A stretch of DNA of 59,500 nt, filler included, from 6 parts of 6 records of this genome joined end to end with filler, not necessarily neighbours in it; one strand, 5' to 3'. Positions 19,399 to 31,600 are shown, numbered from the whole stretch's first letter. Notes: generated by a model not told the origin, from the letters alone. Translations and numbers: made by a program.

Positions 19399-20043
19399 AT
19401 GACTTTAAAAGTAGTACCAATCAACACCCTGACTGCAACACGCAGAAAAATTCTGCATGCCGCCTACAAATGTGCCGCGAAAACCGGATTCAATAATCTT
19501 GATGTAGATGAAATTACACTCAAGGCCGGGGTAACCCGCAAGACCCTTTACAGCTACTTTAACGGACTGGAAAACCTGATGAGTGAATTGGCGGTATCCG
19601 GGATTTACTGGCCGACCACCGAGGAGCTGCTGGCCAATGCACCATCCGAATTCCCGGAAATAGAACCGGAAAGGCAGGTAGCGGCGTTTTTCACCGCTCT
19701 GCGGCGAACCTTGGAGACAAGGCCGGGCACCTTGCGTTTGCTGGCTTGGGAAATGCTGGAGCGGACCCCACTCTCGGAATTATTGGAAGATGTGCGGGTG
19801 CGCACCGCGCTGGAATTTTTCGAACACATGACCCCGGATGTACCCGATGACGTAGACCTCGCAGCAGCAGTAGCAATCTTGGGCGGCGCCATCTCCTATC
19901 TCTCCATCCGCTCCCTGAATACCAAGCACTTCGGCGGGGTCAGCTTGCAGGACGAAGTGGGTTGGGACCGAACGGAAGCGGCCATGCAGGACATGCTGCG
20001 CGGATTACTCTGCCCTTGCCGTGAACCGCAGGAGCAAGAGTAA
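19399..20043 (+). CDS. TetR/AcrR family transcriptional regulator
   Basis: N-terminal HTH AGVTRKTLYSYF. Confidence 0.85.
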   Translation: MTLKVVPINTLTATRRKILHAAYKCAAKTGFNNLDVDEITLKAGVTRKTLYSYFNGLENLMSELAVSGIYWPTTEELLANAPSEFPEIEPERQVAAFFTALRRTLETRPGTLRLLAWEMLERTPLSELLEDVRVRTALEFFEHMTPDVPDDVDLAAAVAILGGAISYLSIRSLNTKHFGGVSLQDEVGWDRTEAAMQDMLRGLLCPCREPQEQE

Positions 20044-20046
20044 TTA

Positions 20047-20346
20047 CTATTTCTTCATCCTGAAAAACATGACCAGCGGCGAAACAACCACCATGGCAAC
20101 CATAGCCATCTCCGCTGACAGGAACTGCTGCGCCCCGACACAGACCCCGAGTACAATCAAGAACCACGGAATCCAACCAGCAACATAGACCTGCCCCGCA
20201 GGTCCGAAAATAAAGCAGAGCAAAAGACCGATCCAGAGCACATTCGGCTTTGAGCGACGCAGTCTTGTGCCCAAGATGAAAGGGAGCACGGTTGCGCCGA
20301 GGATGATGATTGCAGTGAGGATTATGTTGAGGGTGGATTGGTCCAT
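20047..20346 (-). CDS. Small hypothetical membrane protein
   Basis: Hydrophobic 99-aa ORF from MDQSTLN with AAGGAG RBS. Confidence 0.7.
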   Translation of the reverse strand: MDQSTLNIILTAIIILGATVLPFILGTRLRRSKPNVLWIGLLLCFIFGPAGQVYVAGWIPWFLIVLGVCVGAQQFLSAEMAMVAMVVVSPLVMFFRMKK

Positions 20347-20462
20347 GGGTGGCTCCTTTTTGGTGGTATTGTTGAGGAAGCTAGCAGCTAGAGGGGATGC
20401 GGGCACTTCACAGAGCCTGTTGGCTTTGCGCCTCATAGCGCTTATTATTTTCAGCAATGGAT

Positions 20463-20491
20463 AAAAAGTAGCCCCGGACCGGAGTCCGGGG
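20463..20491 (-). terminator. Rho-independent terminator closing the RHS-immunity transcript
   Basis: CCCCGGAC-cgga-GTCCGGGG stem, followed by a T-tract on the minus strand. Confidence 0.65.
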
Positions 20492-20499
20492 GCAGGTCA

Positions 20500-20814
20500 T
20501 TATTTTATTATATCTTCTTTGTTAAACGGCACGCCTTTCAAGCAATGACGACAGAATACTTTGGGTTCAGATGATAAGTAATAAAATGCTGGTGTTAAAA
20601 ACAGAGCTTCAGAAGCATAATGAATTGTATTACCAACAACTATTTCATAAATTACATTTGATGCTGACAGACACAACCACGACACACCTAATTGCGTATA
20701 TGTTGTTGCTTTAATTTCTTTTTTACATTCAGAGCATTTAATTTTTTTGGTAAATAAAACCCCATAAGCAACAAGTAAAACAATTACGATAATGGTTACT
20801 GACACACTACTCAT
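20500..20814 (-). CDS. Small AT-rich membrane protein, putative RHS immunity protein
   Basis: 104 aa, TM segments, CSEC and CRHC motifs; starts 3 nt after RHS stop. Confidence 0.6.
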   Translation of the reverse strand: MSSVSVTIIVIVLLVAYGVLFTKKIKCSECKKEIKATTYTQLGVSWLCLSASNVIYEIVVGNTIHYASEALFLTPAFYYLSSEPKVFCRHCLKGVPFNKEDIIK

Positions 20815-20817
20815 AAC

Positions 20818-22869
20818 CTAATTCCTGTATCTATTCCTAAATTTATCAAAAGAATCGTCCTTAATTTTGCCGCGTTGATCTCGAAAATGTTCTTCAGCTT
20901 TTTCAGCTGCTACATTCCTAGATTTTTTTTGATCCTTAATCGCACCACCCAAACCTTCCAACATACCTAACGATCCGCCAACCATTCCTAAAACTGTACC
21001 TGCGGGACCATATTTCTTAAAACCGTCATACGCAAAAGAAATCCCCCTATTACGACCTTCATTCACAGCCTTACGATCTTTTTTCGCCTGTAGGCTGACA
21101 TCAAATGCCTGCTGCTTATCCGCCAATTCCTTAGCGGCTTTTTCCATTTCCCGGGCAGTCTTCACGCTTGATTGGTTCAGCTGCTCCAAAGCCTGCTTGT
21201 TTTGTTGGTCAAAACGAGCATTGTTTTGCGCATTTTGACCATTATTCCTAGCATTTCGATTCTGCCCTTCACCGCCAAGATTATTATCCCCACCGTAGTG
21301 CGAACCTCCTGGATCAGTGTTGTAGCCCCAACCGCCACTTGTGGGACCGTAGGCACTTCCGCTTGTTCCGTCATAACCCGGACCAAAATCTCCTCCTGAA
21401 TAACCACGGGAACTTGATGATCTACTACCTCCTGTGCCACCATTTCCCTGTTCACTCTCCTTCTTAAGCCCCACCCGATCCACAAAATTAACCGGATCAT
21501 CATGGCAGTACCCGTAAATATCCACGTCGCCGCCCTCAAGGCCGATGGGGTCGGGAGTGATGAACCTGCCGCTGGAAGGATCGTATTCGCGGAAGCCGAA
21601 GTGAATGAGGCCAGTATCCCGGTCATAGAGCCCCCCGGCAAAACCAACAGGGAGATTCATACGCTCATTGGTGTCGACAATCATATTTCCAAACGAATCT
21701 CGGATAATCCGCTTTACCTCATGGCCTTCTTTATTCGCAACCAAATAAATTGTGCCAACCTGATCGGAAGCGAGGAAATATACTTCGTCATTGTAACGCA
21801 TTACAACGGGATCGCCTTCTTCGTCATAAGCAAACTCCATGCGGTTTCCGTCATCAAGCTCAACAACGGCAAGGGAGGTGAAATCATGCCAGCTGTATGT
21901 TTCCGCAACCTTGCCGTTCACCGACTTAGCCATGCGCCTGCCCTGCGGATCAATGACATATGAAATATGTTTCCCATCAGGCAGATTGACCTGCTGCAAC
22001 TGCCCGGAAAGGTGGTATTCATAGGTTGTGACATCCAAGCCATCCTGCTTCATGACCAGACGACCCTCGCCATCGTAGGAATATTTCACTTCCCCGGCCC
22101 GCTCAAGACGCAGGCCCGGACCATAAGTGAAACGGCACTGCCCATTTTGGGGTGTGGAGGAAAAATAGCGCTCGCCCTGCTTGCCGTACTTGTATTCCTC
22201 AATGAGCCGTTCATCTTTCCAGACCGCGCAAAGCCTGCCGCCAGCATCATACTCGTAATGGACATGGTGGTCCTTGGGTTCAAGGGAACACAGCTTTTCC
22301 ACAATACGCCCGTCCTCATTTCTCGCGGTTGCCAGCACTGAAAATGGTTCTTCTGCCCCCGAAACAACAAACGGAACTATGCAAAGCGGTTCTTCAGAGT
22401 CGAATTCCACGCCGTCACGCTCAAATTCATCATACAGATCATCGCCTGTGCCTGCTTGCGGTTGCTGCGGTTCATTTGTGGAAAACTCTTCAATAAGAGC
22501 CTTGCCATAGTCGGTCTGCGCTAAATCCTGCGCCAGTTGCAGGTCGGGGTTATCACGCATGAAACGCATATGGGCCAGACGTTTGCGCCAAGCATAACGT
22601 TCCTTTTCAATTTCCCACTCCTTATTCTTCTGCTCCCAACGGACCTTGACCTCCGGTCTCATCATGGACGGATACATGCGGTCACCGCGTGAAAATTCCG
22701 AAAAATCCGGTTTCGACTCCGACAAGGCCATACCAGTGGAAGGAGAGTAAACTTCCCACATATTTTCAATCTGCATTTGCGGATCTTCATTCTCACCGTA
22801 CATGCGCAGGGCAAGACTCAAATCTTCCCGTTTTTTGGGCCGCAACGTAAAATCATTCCTGAAACTCAT
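20818..22869 (-). CDS. RHS repeat-associated core domain protein (polymorphic toxin)
   Basis: YD repeats (YEYDAGGRL, YSYDGEGRL), DQVGT, GFAGGLYDRDTGLIHFGFREYDP..GRF..PDPIG...YGYC.DDPVNFVDRVGL, then variable C-terminus. Confidence 0.92.
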   Translation of the reverse strand: MSFRNDFTLRPKKREDLSLALRMYGENEDPQMQIENMWEVYSPSTGMALSESKPDFSEFSRGDRMYPSMMRPEVKVRWEQKNKEWEIEKERYAWRKRLAHMRFMRDNPDLQLAQDLAQTDYGKALIEEFSTNEPQQPQAGTGDDLYDEFERDGVEFDSEEPLCIVPFVVSGAEEPFSVLATARNEDGRIVEKLCSLEPKDHHVHYEYDAGGRLCAVWKDERLIEEYKYGKQGERYFSSTPQNGQCRFTYGPGLRLERAGEVKYSYDGEGRLVMKQDGLDVTTYEYHLSGQLQQVNLPDGKHISYVIDPQGRRMAKSVNGKVAETYSWHDFTSLAVVELDDGNRMEFAYDEEGDPVVMRYNDEVYFLASDQVGTIYLVANKEGHEVKRIIRDSFGNMIVDTNERMNLPVGFAGGLYDRDTGLIHFGFREYDPSSGRFITPDPIGLEGGDVDIYGYCHDDPVNFVDRVGLKKESEQGNGGTGGSRSSSSRGYSGGDFGPGYDGTSGSAYGPTSGGWGYNTDPGGSHYGGDNNLGGEGQNRNARNNGQNAQNNARFDQQNKQALEQLNQSSVKTAREMEKAAKELADKQQAFDVSLQAKKDRKAVNEGRNRGISFAYDGFKKYGPAGTVLGMVGGSLGMLEGLGGAIKDQKKSRNVAAEKAEEHFRDQRGKIKDDSFDKFRNRYRN

Positions 22870-23026
22870 AAATTCTCCATTGTTTAAGTTAACCCAAAAT
22901 GCCCGGAATCCTTTAATTCATGGGCACAAAATTAGCTTCAAAAACAATGGATACAAAACAGGACGGACGTGAATCACCCAGATCAGGTCCGCACTGTCAG
23001 GCTGTGAAGAAAGAGCCACCCCCTAT

Positions 23027-23055
23027 TTGACCGGACAATCAATCCGGCCTATAAA
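23027..23055 (+). promoter_or_regulatory. Sigma-70 promoter for TetR gene
   Basis: TTGACC-N17-TATAAA. Confidence 0.55.
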
Positions 23056-23148
23056 ACCGCAAGCGAGCAAACATATGCTGGCAGACTTTATCCGGTCCAT
23101 TCCAAGATAAAGCCTGACCGTGAACCTTTAACGTGCCAGCGAGGGGCC

Positions 23149-23733
23149 ATGAAAGGTAAAAATAAAAAAGACGCAATCCTATATGCGGCTCAGGAAATCT
23201 TCGGACGCTACGGCTATGCCGGAACCACAGTAAAGATGATTTCCGAACGGGCAGGCGTGGCTTTCGGACTTGTCTCCCACTATTTCGGATCAAAAGAAGA
23301 ACTCTTCATCACCGCCGGGGTAGCCATAGTTGAAGACCTTACCGAGTATCTGAGCACAGAAACCCGCAAGGCCACAAACGGACTGGAAGGAATCCAGACT
23401 TTCATGCGCAGCTATCTGGGCTACACCCTGCAACACCGCAACACCTTCCCCGTGCTGCTACGCTGCTCCCCTTTTTCTGATGTCCAGATCGAACTGGACC
23501 GCACCCGCATTGCCGTAAAATTCCAACAGCTTTTAAATGTCATCCGCGAATCCGTTGAACGCGGCATTGAAGACGGCTCCATCCGTAGCCTTTCAGTGGA
23601 TGACACCACCACCATAGTTTATTCCAACATCGTCGGTACGGTCAGGACCAGATTCCTTTCTCCCTACGACCTGCCCAACCTCTACGAGGAAACCACCGAC
23701 TTTGTAGTCCGCAGCATCAGGGCCCGGGATTAA
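23149..23733 (+). CDS. TetR/AcrR family transcriptional regulator
   Basis: GYAGTTVKMISERAGVAFGLVSHYFGSKEELF. Confidence 0.92.
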   Translation: MKGKNKKDAILYAAQEIFGRYGYAGTTVKMISERAGVAFGLVSHYFGSKEELFITAGVAIVEDLTEYLSTETRKATNGLEGIQTFMRSYLGYTLQHRNTFPVLLRCSPFSDVQIELDRTRIAVKFQQLLNVIRESVERGIEDGSIRSLSVDDTTTIVYSNIVGTVRTRFLSPYDLPNLYEETTDFVVRSIRARD

Positions 23734-23755
23734 CTCCCATATTTCTATACAAGAG

Positions 23756-23790
23756 AAAGCCGTGCATCCTTTGGATTGCGCGGCTTTTTT
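23756..23790 (+). terminator. Rho-independent terminator
   Basis: AAAGCCGTGCATCC-TTT-GGATTGCGCGGCTTTTTT. Confidence 0.7.
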
Positions 23791-23833
23791 GTTCCCGCTT
23801 GACACATCTGCCATGTTCCTCCATCTTGCCTTC

Positions 23834-24436
23834 ATGAAACAAGCTTCAGTTATATTTCTCCTATTGGGTGCAATGCTGCTCTGTCTGCTCGGCCCCACCA
23901 AAGCATCCGCCCATCCGCACGTATTTGTGGACTGTTCCCTGACCTTTGAATTCAGCGACAACGGCCTTGCCGGTGTACGCCAGAAATGGTGGTTCGATGA
24001 AATGTTCGCCGCCATGATTCTCGGCGATTTCGACAAGAACCATGACAATAAACTTACCCCGGAAGAGGCAACTGCACTTGAAAATGGTGCCTTTGTGAAC
24101 CTCAAAAATTTTAATTACTTCACCCGCATCCTTGTGGACGGCACTGAACAAAAATCAGTGAAAGCAATTCAATTCAAGCCTTCCATTGAAGAGGGAACCC
24201 TTGTCTATGAATTCTTTGTGCCACTAAATATCGCTGACGGTGCCAAACACGTGGTTATGGTCGCCATTTATGATGAAAGCTTTTACACTGCAGTCCAGAT
24301 GGACCCACAGAACAAAGTACTGGGCTTAGGCGGAAAATTTCAGACTAGCCTCGACCTAAAACCGGTTGCCGAAATGGCCTATTTTTACGACCAGATAGTC
24401 CCTGAAGCAGCAGTGCTGACCATGCTCCCCAAATAA
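23834..24436 (+). CDS. DUF1007-type periplasmic protein (metal-binding, partner of Ni/Co transporter)
   Basis: Signal peptide then AHPHVFVD; W.FDEMF; DFDKNHD; YDESFY. Confidence 0.8.
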   Translation: MKQASVIFLLLGAMLLCLLGPTKASAHPHVFVDCSLTFEFSDNGLAGVRQKWWFDEMFAAMILGDFDKNHDNKLTPEEATALENGAFVNLKNFNYFTRILVDGTEQKSVKAIQFKPSIEEGTLVYEFFVPLNIADGAKHVVMVAIYDESFYTAVQMDPQNKVLGLGGKFQTSLDLKPVAEMAYFYDQIVPEAAVLTMLPK

Positions 24437-24444
24437 GAAAGATT

Positions 24445-25461
24445 ATGAAGAATAAAAACATCCTACTCGCCCTGATATTGACTTTTACTCTCGCTTTCGC
24501 TTTCTCCGCAGCAGAATCCAAGGCACAGGCAAGCAACCCCTTTCTTGCTCCCAAAAAGCAGGAAGCCAGCCAACTGGACGACGCACGTCAACAAGCATCA
24601 TCTCCATTCGGAACAGCAACTCCAGCCCCGTCTCCGTTCGGCACTTCAACCCCGGCTCCCGCAAAACAGGCTGTCCAGAAAGACTGGACCGGAGGAATAT
24701 ACAGCAAGGTAATGTTCAAAATCACCCTGTTGCAAAAAGAGATCAGAGCCAAGCTGACCGGATTTGCGCGGGATATCAAAAAAGAGCCCTTCGGCAAGTC
24801 GCTTTGGATGTTCCTCGTTTTTTCCTTCATGTATGGAATCGTCCATGCAGTGGGGCCGGGGCATGGTAAATCCGTGGTCTGCGCTTACTTCATTTCGCGG
24901 GGTGGGTCCATGTTCGCAGCTTCATTCATGTCCTGGGTCATAACCCTTGTGCATGTAGGCTCGGCAACCGCAGCAGTCTGCCTTGCCTACCTGTTCCTCG
25001 ATAAGGGCATGTCCGGATTTGAAAATTTCAACCGCCAATTGCAAACCGCCAGCTACGGACTGGTCGCCCTGATCGGTTGCTGGCTGGTCTTTGAAGCCCT
25101 GCGTTCCTTCAAGAAAAATGACCGTGAAGAATGTGAAGTCAAAAGCCGTGGGTCACTGAAAGAGATTGCCACTGTTGCCTTTGTTACCGGCATTGTGCCC
25201 TGTCCGGGTGCGGCCATTATTCTAGTCTATACCCTCTCCACCGGCATACTTGCAGCAGGGCTTGCAGCCATGGTCTTTCTGGCCACTGGCATGGCCGTAA
25301 CCACCTCTGCCTTTGCCCTTGTTGCAGCAAAAGCCCGCAACGCCATGGATAGCAATCCCTTTGCTCAAAAAATGCGCATTGCCTATTCGATTCTCTCCCT
25401 ACTCGGCGCAACAATAATTACCTGCTTCGGCCTGCTCATGCTCAGCGCCCATATTTCCTAA
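24445..25461 (+). CDS. Nickel/cobalt transporter (RcnA/NiCoT-like)
   Basis: YGIVHAVGPGHGK; GIVPCPGA; multiple TM helices. Confidence 0.85.
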   Translation: MKNKNILLALILTFTLAFAFSAAESKAQASNPFLAPKKQEASQLDDARQQASSPFGTATPAPSPFGTSTPAPAKQAVQKDWTGGIYSKVMFKITLLQKEIRAKLTGFARDIKKEPFGKSLWMFLVFSFMYGIVHAVGPGHGKSVVCAYFISRGGSMFAASFMSWVITLVHVGSATAAVCLAYLFLDKGMSGFENFNRQLQTASYGLVALIGCWLVFEALRSFKKNDREECEVKSRGSLKEIATVAFVTGIVPCPGAAIILVYTLSTGILAAGLAAMVFLATGMAVTTSAFALVAAKARNAMDSNPFAQKMRIAYSILSLLGATIITCFGLLMLSAHIS

Positions 25462-25649
25462 AAAAACAAGACCTACCCATTTTTTAAAAACCGACCATGA
25501 CATATTCCGGCAATAATGTTATCAATATAAACAGCCTCTTATCACGGTGCTGCCAACAGGAATGCAGAAAAAAACAGCTATAATTTAATATACTTACATT
25601 CTCAGTAGTTGCCAGAATATCCAACTGATGCCATGGGAGAGTTTCGACG

Positions 25650-28600
25650 ATGATCAATCTTGCCGGATATGAAAATGTTACCCCATTGTATGAAGGGAAT
25701 GACATGGTTCTTTGCAGGGCTATCAGAGGGTATGACGATCTTCCGGTTCTTATCAAATACCCTAACTCTGAATTGCCCTCCCCCCGGCTTTTGACTGGTC
25801 TTAAAAATGAATACGCCACATCCCAAGAAATCGGCAATACAGGCATAGTCCCGGCAGTAACCCTGCACCGAACGGATAATTCACTAGCCCTTATTCTGGA
25901 AGATAAGGGATACAATCTGCTTAGCTCCTTGATCCCGCATTCAACTGCAGACCTCGCTCAAAAACTGCAGATTGCGCTGCGAATAGCCAGCTCCATCAGC
26001 CTCGTGCATACCAAAGGATTCCTGCACCGCAACATCAGACCGGACAGCATCGCCATAGCTCCTGATTACCGCGAAGCATTGCTGACCAACCTGCAGAACA
26101 GCACCCGCATTGCGGAATCTTTTCCACAGACATCAGCAGAAATTATATCCCCGGACAACATTGCCTACATCTCTCCAGAACAAAGCGGCAGAGTCAGCAC
26201 TGAGCTGGACAGAAGGTCAGACTTCTACTCATTGGGCATCACCCTGTTCGAACTTTTCACCGGCCAGAAACCATTCAAAACCCAAGACGACCTAGAACTG
26301 ATCCATTGCCATCTGGCCAAAGAACCGCCGGCCCCACAAAGTATAAATTCAGAAATTCCCTTACCGCTGTCAGCAGTTATCATGAAATTGCTCTCCAAAA
26401 ATCCCGGAGACCGCTATCAGTCCGCCCATGGTATTAAGCAAGATCTGAAAGCATGTATGAATATCATCGGGAATGGCAAAAAATTTGAGAAATTCACCCC
26501 GGGCAATCAGGACATATCAAAAACATTTACCCTCTCGCGTAAGCTGTTCGGTAGAAAAGATGAACTTTCTGAACTGAAAGCCGCTTTCAGCAAGGTAATG
26601 CTCGGCAGTTGCGAGACTGTTTTTATAAGCGGCGAAGCCGGAACCGGCAAAAGCTCGCTGATCAATTCTTTCAGCGAACAGGTTTATAAAGAAAACGGTG
26701 AATTCATCTCTGGAAAATTTGATCAATTCCGACGCAACCGGCCCTACAGCGCCCTAATTCAAGCTTTTCAAGAACTGCTACGCAAAAGGCTTTCCAGTCC
26801 GACCCCGGTAATCAACGCCTGGAAAAACCGAATTACAAGTGTTCTGGAGCAAAATGCCAGCCTGATAAGCGAAGTTCTCCCCGAACTGGAGCTTCTGATT
26901 GGGAAACAAGAAAATCCCGTGGAATTGAGTCCCACGGAATCAAGAAACAGATTCAACCTTGCATTCAAAAATTTTATCAAAGTTTTCCCTAGCATAGACA
27001 AGCCTCTGGTTCTCTTTCTCGACGACCTGCAATGGGCAGACGTATCCACCCTGCAGCTTTTGCAACGTCTACTTGAAGATCAGGAAACTTCACACCTCAT
27101 GCTCATATGTGCATACCGAACCAACCTGCCCATGAATGACGGGATTAAATCCCGCATTGAAGAGATTGAAGAACTCAGCCCCAAAGTGCGCAGCCTAAAA
27201 CTGAATAGACTTAAACTGCACCACGTCCACGGCTTCATCAGCAGGACCTTAAGGACCGACCGCAAACGAACTGAAGACCTGGCCCGCATGGTATATAGCA
27301 GAACAGGCGGAAACCCCCTCTTTGTCCGCGAATACCTGCTCAACATGTACCGTGCAGAACTTATAACTTTTGATAACGACAAAACCCGCTGGGAATGGGA
27401 CCTCAAAACCATCCGAAATATATCTATGGATGGAAACCTTGTAGAGCTAATGGCGGAAAAAATCCTGACCCAGCCCCGTGAAGGCCAAGAGATTCTTAAG
27501 GCCGCATCAGGGATCGGTTGCAAATTCGACCTACGTATTCTTACGCAACTCATGGATTTACCGGAGCAACTTACTCTGGATTACCTAAGCATGGCCCTGC
27601 ATGAAGGGCTGATCATCTCTGACGACAGTGTTGCCTCTTTGGCTGATTTCAATTCCCAATCCGGCCCTTACTATCTTTCCTTCATGCATGATCGGGTGCA
27701 GCAGGCGGCGTATTCCATGCTTGATGCGGCAGAAAAAACAAAACTGCACTTGAATATAGGCAGAGTCATGCTTGCCCTCTATTCCGCCAACGAAATAGAT
27801 GAGGCAAATTTTGAAATTGCCGCCCAATACAGTCTCTGCATCAGTGCGATAACTGATCCTCGAGAAAGAAAAGGAATTTCATATGTATTCACAAAGGCCG
27901 GACGTAAAGCCAAACGGAGTTCCGCCTTTGAAACTGCTGCCAGCTACCTTTCTACTGCATCCCGCCTTATGGGAAAGAACGGCTGGGAAACAAGCTATAG
28001 GGCAAGCTTTGATCTGCATCTCGATTGGTATGAGTGCGAATTCCTGAACGGATCAGGAAAACAGGCTGAAAATGTGTTCAAAACCATGATTGAACACTCA
28101 CAGAACCGCAAGGACACCACAAAAGCTCAACTGTCCAGAATGCAACTGTTTTCAGATCAGGGAAGGTATCATGATGCAGTAAAAATAGGACTGGATACAC
28201 TTCAACATTACGATATCATTATTCCCCAGCTTCCGGGCAAACTCTCCATCGCGACAGAGCTGCTAAAAACCAAAGCTGTACTTGGCAATAAAAAGACCTT
28301 GCAATTATACAACCTTCCGGAAATGGATTCCACTGTGGATCTTGAGGTCATGCGCCTGCTGATGCACACCATTGCCCCGGCATATATGTTCAACAAGAGC
28401 CTTGTTTTTTATATTGCCCTGCGAATGATCCGTTTTTCCGTTAAAAACGGCAACGGCCCGTTTTCTTCATTCGGATACATGCTTTACGCCATGTTTCTGG
28501 CATCCAAAAACTTCTCATTTAAAAAGTCAAAGGAATTCACCAGACTTGCAGTTGAGTTGAACAAAAAATTCCGCAATACGGAACTGGAGACAAAAATCAA

Positions 28601-31600
28601 TACACTCCGAGGGGGAACTCATGACCACTGGCATGTCCCTCTGCAGGAAAACATGAATACTCTGGACAAGGCCTTTCACAACGGCCTCATGCACGGGGAC
28701 AATACCTATGCCCGCTATGCCGGATACTTCGCAGTTCAACTTAAATTTATGCAGGGACATACGATTGCAGAAGTATACAGCCTTGCAGAGCGCTATCTGA
28801 ACTTCATCCAGAAAAACAAGAATTCACTGAGTTCAGGAGCGATCAAACTTCCCCTGCAGATGTGCAAAAGCATGGAAGGAAAAACCTACACCCCCGGATA
28901 TCTGGATGATGATAACTTCCGTGAAGGAAACCTCCTCAGCACAGCTAAAAGCAGCGGCTCTGAAGTGGTTGAAAACTGGACCGCAATATCTAAACTGATA
29001 ACTCTCTCCTTTTTCGGATATCACACAAAAGCAATTAAATACGTCAACACTCTGTACGACAATGTGGAAGAAGCTCTTTTCGGCATGTACTCCGTTGCAA
29101 TTTTCCACCTGCTGGCCATCATAAACATGACGGTTCTTTTTAAAGATGAATCTCCCAAAACACGCAAGCTGTATCTAAGACGCATCAACCACTCTCTGTC
29201 CCGTCTTGGAAAATGGGAAAAGAACTGTCCGGAGAATTTCCGCCACCTGCTTTTGATCGGAAGAGCCGAACTGGCTAGGATAAAAGGGAATAACAGCAAG
29301 GCATTGATCCTTTACGAAAAGGCTATCAGCTTCAGTGCCAATGCCGGATATAATAATTTTGCAGCACTTGCTTGCGAACTGAGCGGCAAATTTCATTTAA
29401 GCATCGGTGGAAAGCGATCTGCCCTAGCCACACTTGCCGAGGCCTGTCACTATTACGAAAAATGGGGTGCGTCTGCAAAGATCCAACGAATGCTCAACGA
29501 CTATCCGCAACTGCGCAAAGCCACTGAGGCAGGCTTTTCAAACGACAATAGCGCTGGAGACAAGGGCAACCAATCGTTGGACATTTCCGCTGTAGTTAAA
29601 GCCTCTCAAGCTATTTCCGGAGAAATCGTCCTCAACCGTCTGCTGGACAAATTAATGCGCATTGTAATTGAGAACGCTGGAGCGCAAAAAGCCACATTAC
29701 TCCTCAACAATAAAAACAGCCTCGAACTGACGGCCCATGCATTTGTTTCAGAGCACGGAATTACAACCAAAACCAACCCTAATCCGGAACAGGAATTATA
29801 TTGCAAAAGCATTGTAAACTATGTGCTGCGCTCCAAGGATAATATTGTTCTGCGCGATGCCGGAACACAGGGCCCGTTTTCCATCGACAGTTACATCATC
29901 AGAACAAAACCGAAATCCATTCTGGCCATGCCGGTCATTAACCAGCAACTTATGCGCGGTGTTCTTTATCTTGAAAACAACCTCAGTCCGGGGGTCTTCA
30001 CTGATGATCGGCTGGAAGTACTGAACCTGCTTTGTTCACAGGCAGCTATCTCCATCCAGAATGCCCGACTCTATTCCGATCTTCGCGACTCGGAAACCCA
30101 GCACCGGACTCTTCTTGAAAGCATCAATGTAGGGGTTTTCAGGGCGGAAGCGGACGTTGACGGCCTGCTGCTCAAAGCCAACAGAGCTCTTGCCGAAATG
30201 TTCGGCTACAGAGGCTGGAATGAATTCCGTAAAACCCAAGTCAGAACACTATATATAGATCCTGAAATACATCAGGAAATTCTCAATGAACTTCTTGAGG
30301 GCGGTATCGTGCGTGACCGGGAAATTAACATGCGCAAACAAGACGGAACTCCGATCTGGGTAAACATGACCGTCTCAATGGAAAGGAACGGAAATAAAGA
30401 CAACTGTCTCGAAGGAGTTCTTGAAGATATCACTGAAAAAAGAAAAGCTCAGGAATTCGAAAGGGAAAAAGTAGCTGCAAATGCTGCCAACAAAGCCAAG
30501 AGTGATTTTCTTGCCAGTATGTCCCATGAAATCAGGACGCCCATGAACGCAATTCTTGGGATGGCTGATCTGCTCTGGGAATCAAGACTGAGCAAAATCC
30601 AGCGTAACTATGTAAAAATATTTAAAAATGCAGGAGAAAACCTTCTCCTGCTGATTAACGATATCCTCGACCTATCTAAAATTGAGGCCGGACAGATCGA
30701 CCTCGAAAAGATCGATTTCAACCTTGAAGAATTATTCGAGGAAATTGGTTCCATATTTGCTCTCAGGGCCCAGATCAAAGGCGTTGATTTCTGCTGGTAT
30801 ATCGACCCGGAAGTACCTCGAATAATCACCGGGGACCCGACCCGCCTGCGCCAGATAATTGTGAACCTGATTGGTAACTCACTAAAATTTACGGAAAAAG
30901 GGACCATCACCTTTGAGGTTGGCTTAACTGAAATCGGCTACCTGCGTTTTATTGTGAAGGATACGGGGGTAGGTATTCCCGTAAAAAAAATGAATTCGAT
31001 TTTCGACACATTTTCGCAAGCAGATTCATCTACAACCCGCAACTATGGTGGAACCGGACTGGGACTTTCTATATGCAGCCGTATGGTGGAAAGCATGCAA
31101 GGAGGCATTTTCGTTTCCAGCACAGAAGGCGACGGGGCTGCATTTGCCTTCACTATCAGCGCAGAATTTCCCATACAGCCGGAATTCTCTCCTCCACTTG
31201 ATAACTGCGCCATACTCCTTGTAGACCGGGAATGCATCTGCCGTGATTATCTCAGCCACAGCCTTACTGATCTCGGTGCAAAAGTATATGCAGCGGATAG
31301 TCTGGGAGAATCCTCAGCATATGCAGCTGAAATTGCCTATTCAACATACGAAAATAACGTTCTTCTAGTTGGTAATCTGGACGGAAAAGATGACCGCTTT
31401 GAAATACTGAAAAAGATGAAACACGGTCCCTGCCAAGGCTGGAAATTAATGATGATCATGGAAGCAAAGCCCCAGCCAAGGGCAACCGCACGAGCCAAGC
31501 AGCTCTGCGCAACTTATGTTCACCGCCCCGTTCATCCACAAGCAATTGTGGAAGATTTACGCTACGCCCAAACCTGCACCATCTCTCCTGATGACAATGA

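Noticed and set aside
22921-22937. Sigma-54-like GG-N10-GC site (TGGGCACAAAATTAGCT)
   Set aside because: Points away from the RHS gene, and the TetR gene already has a good sigma-70 promoter; may be chance
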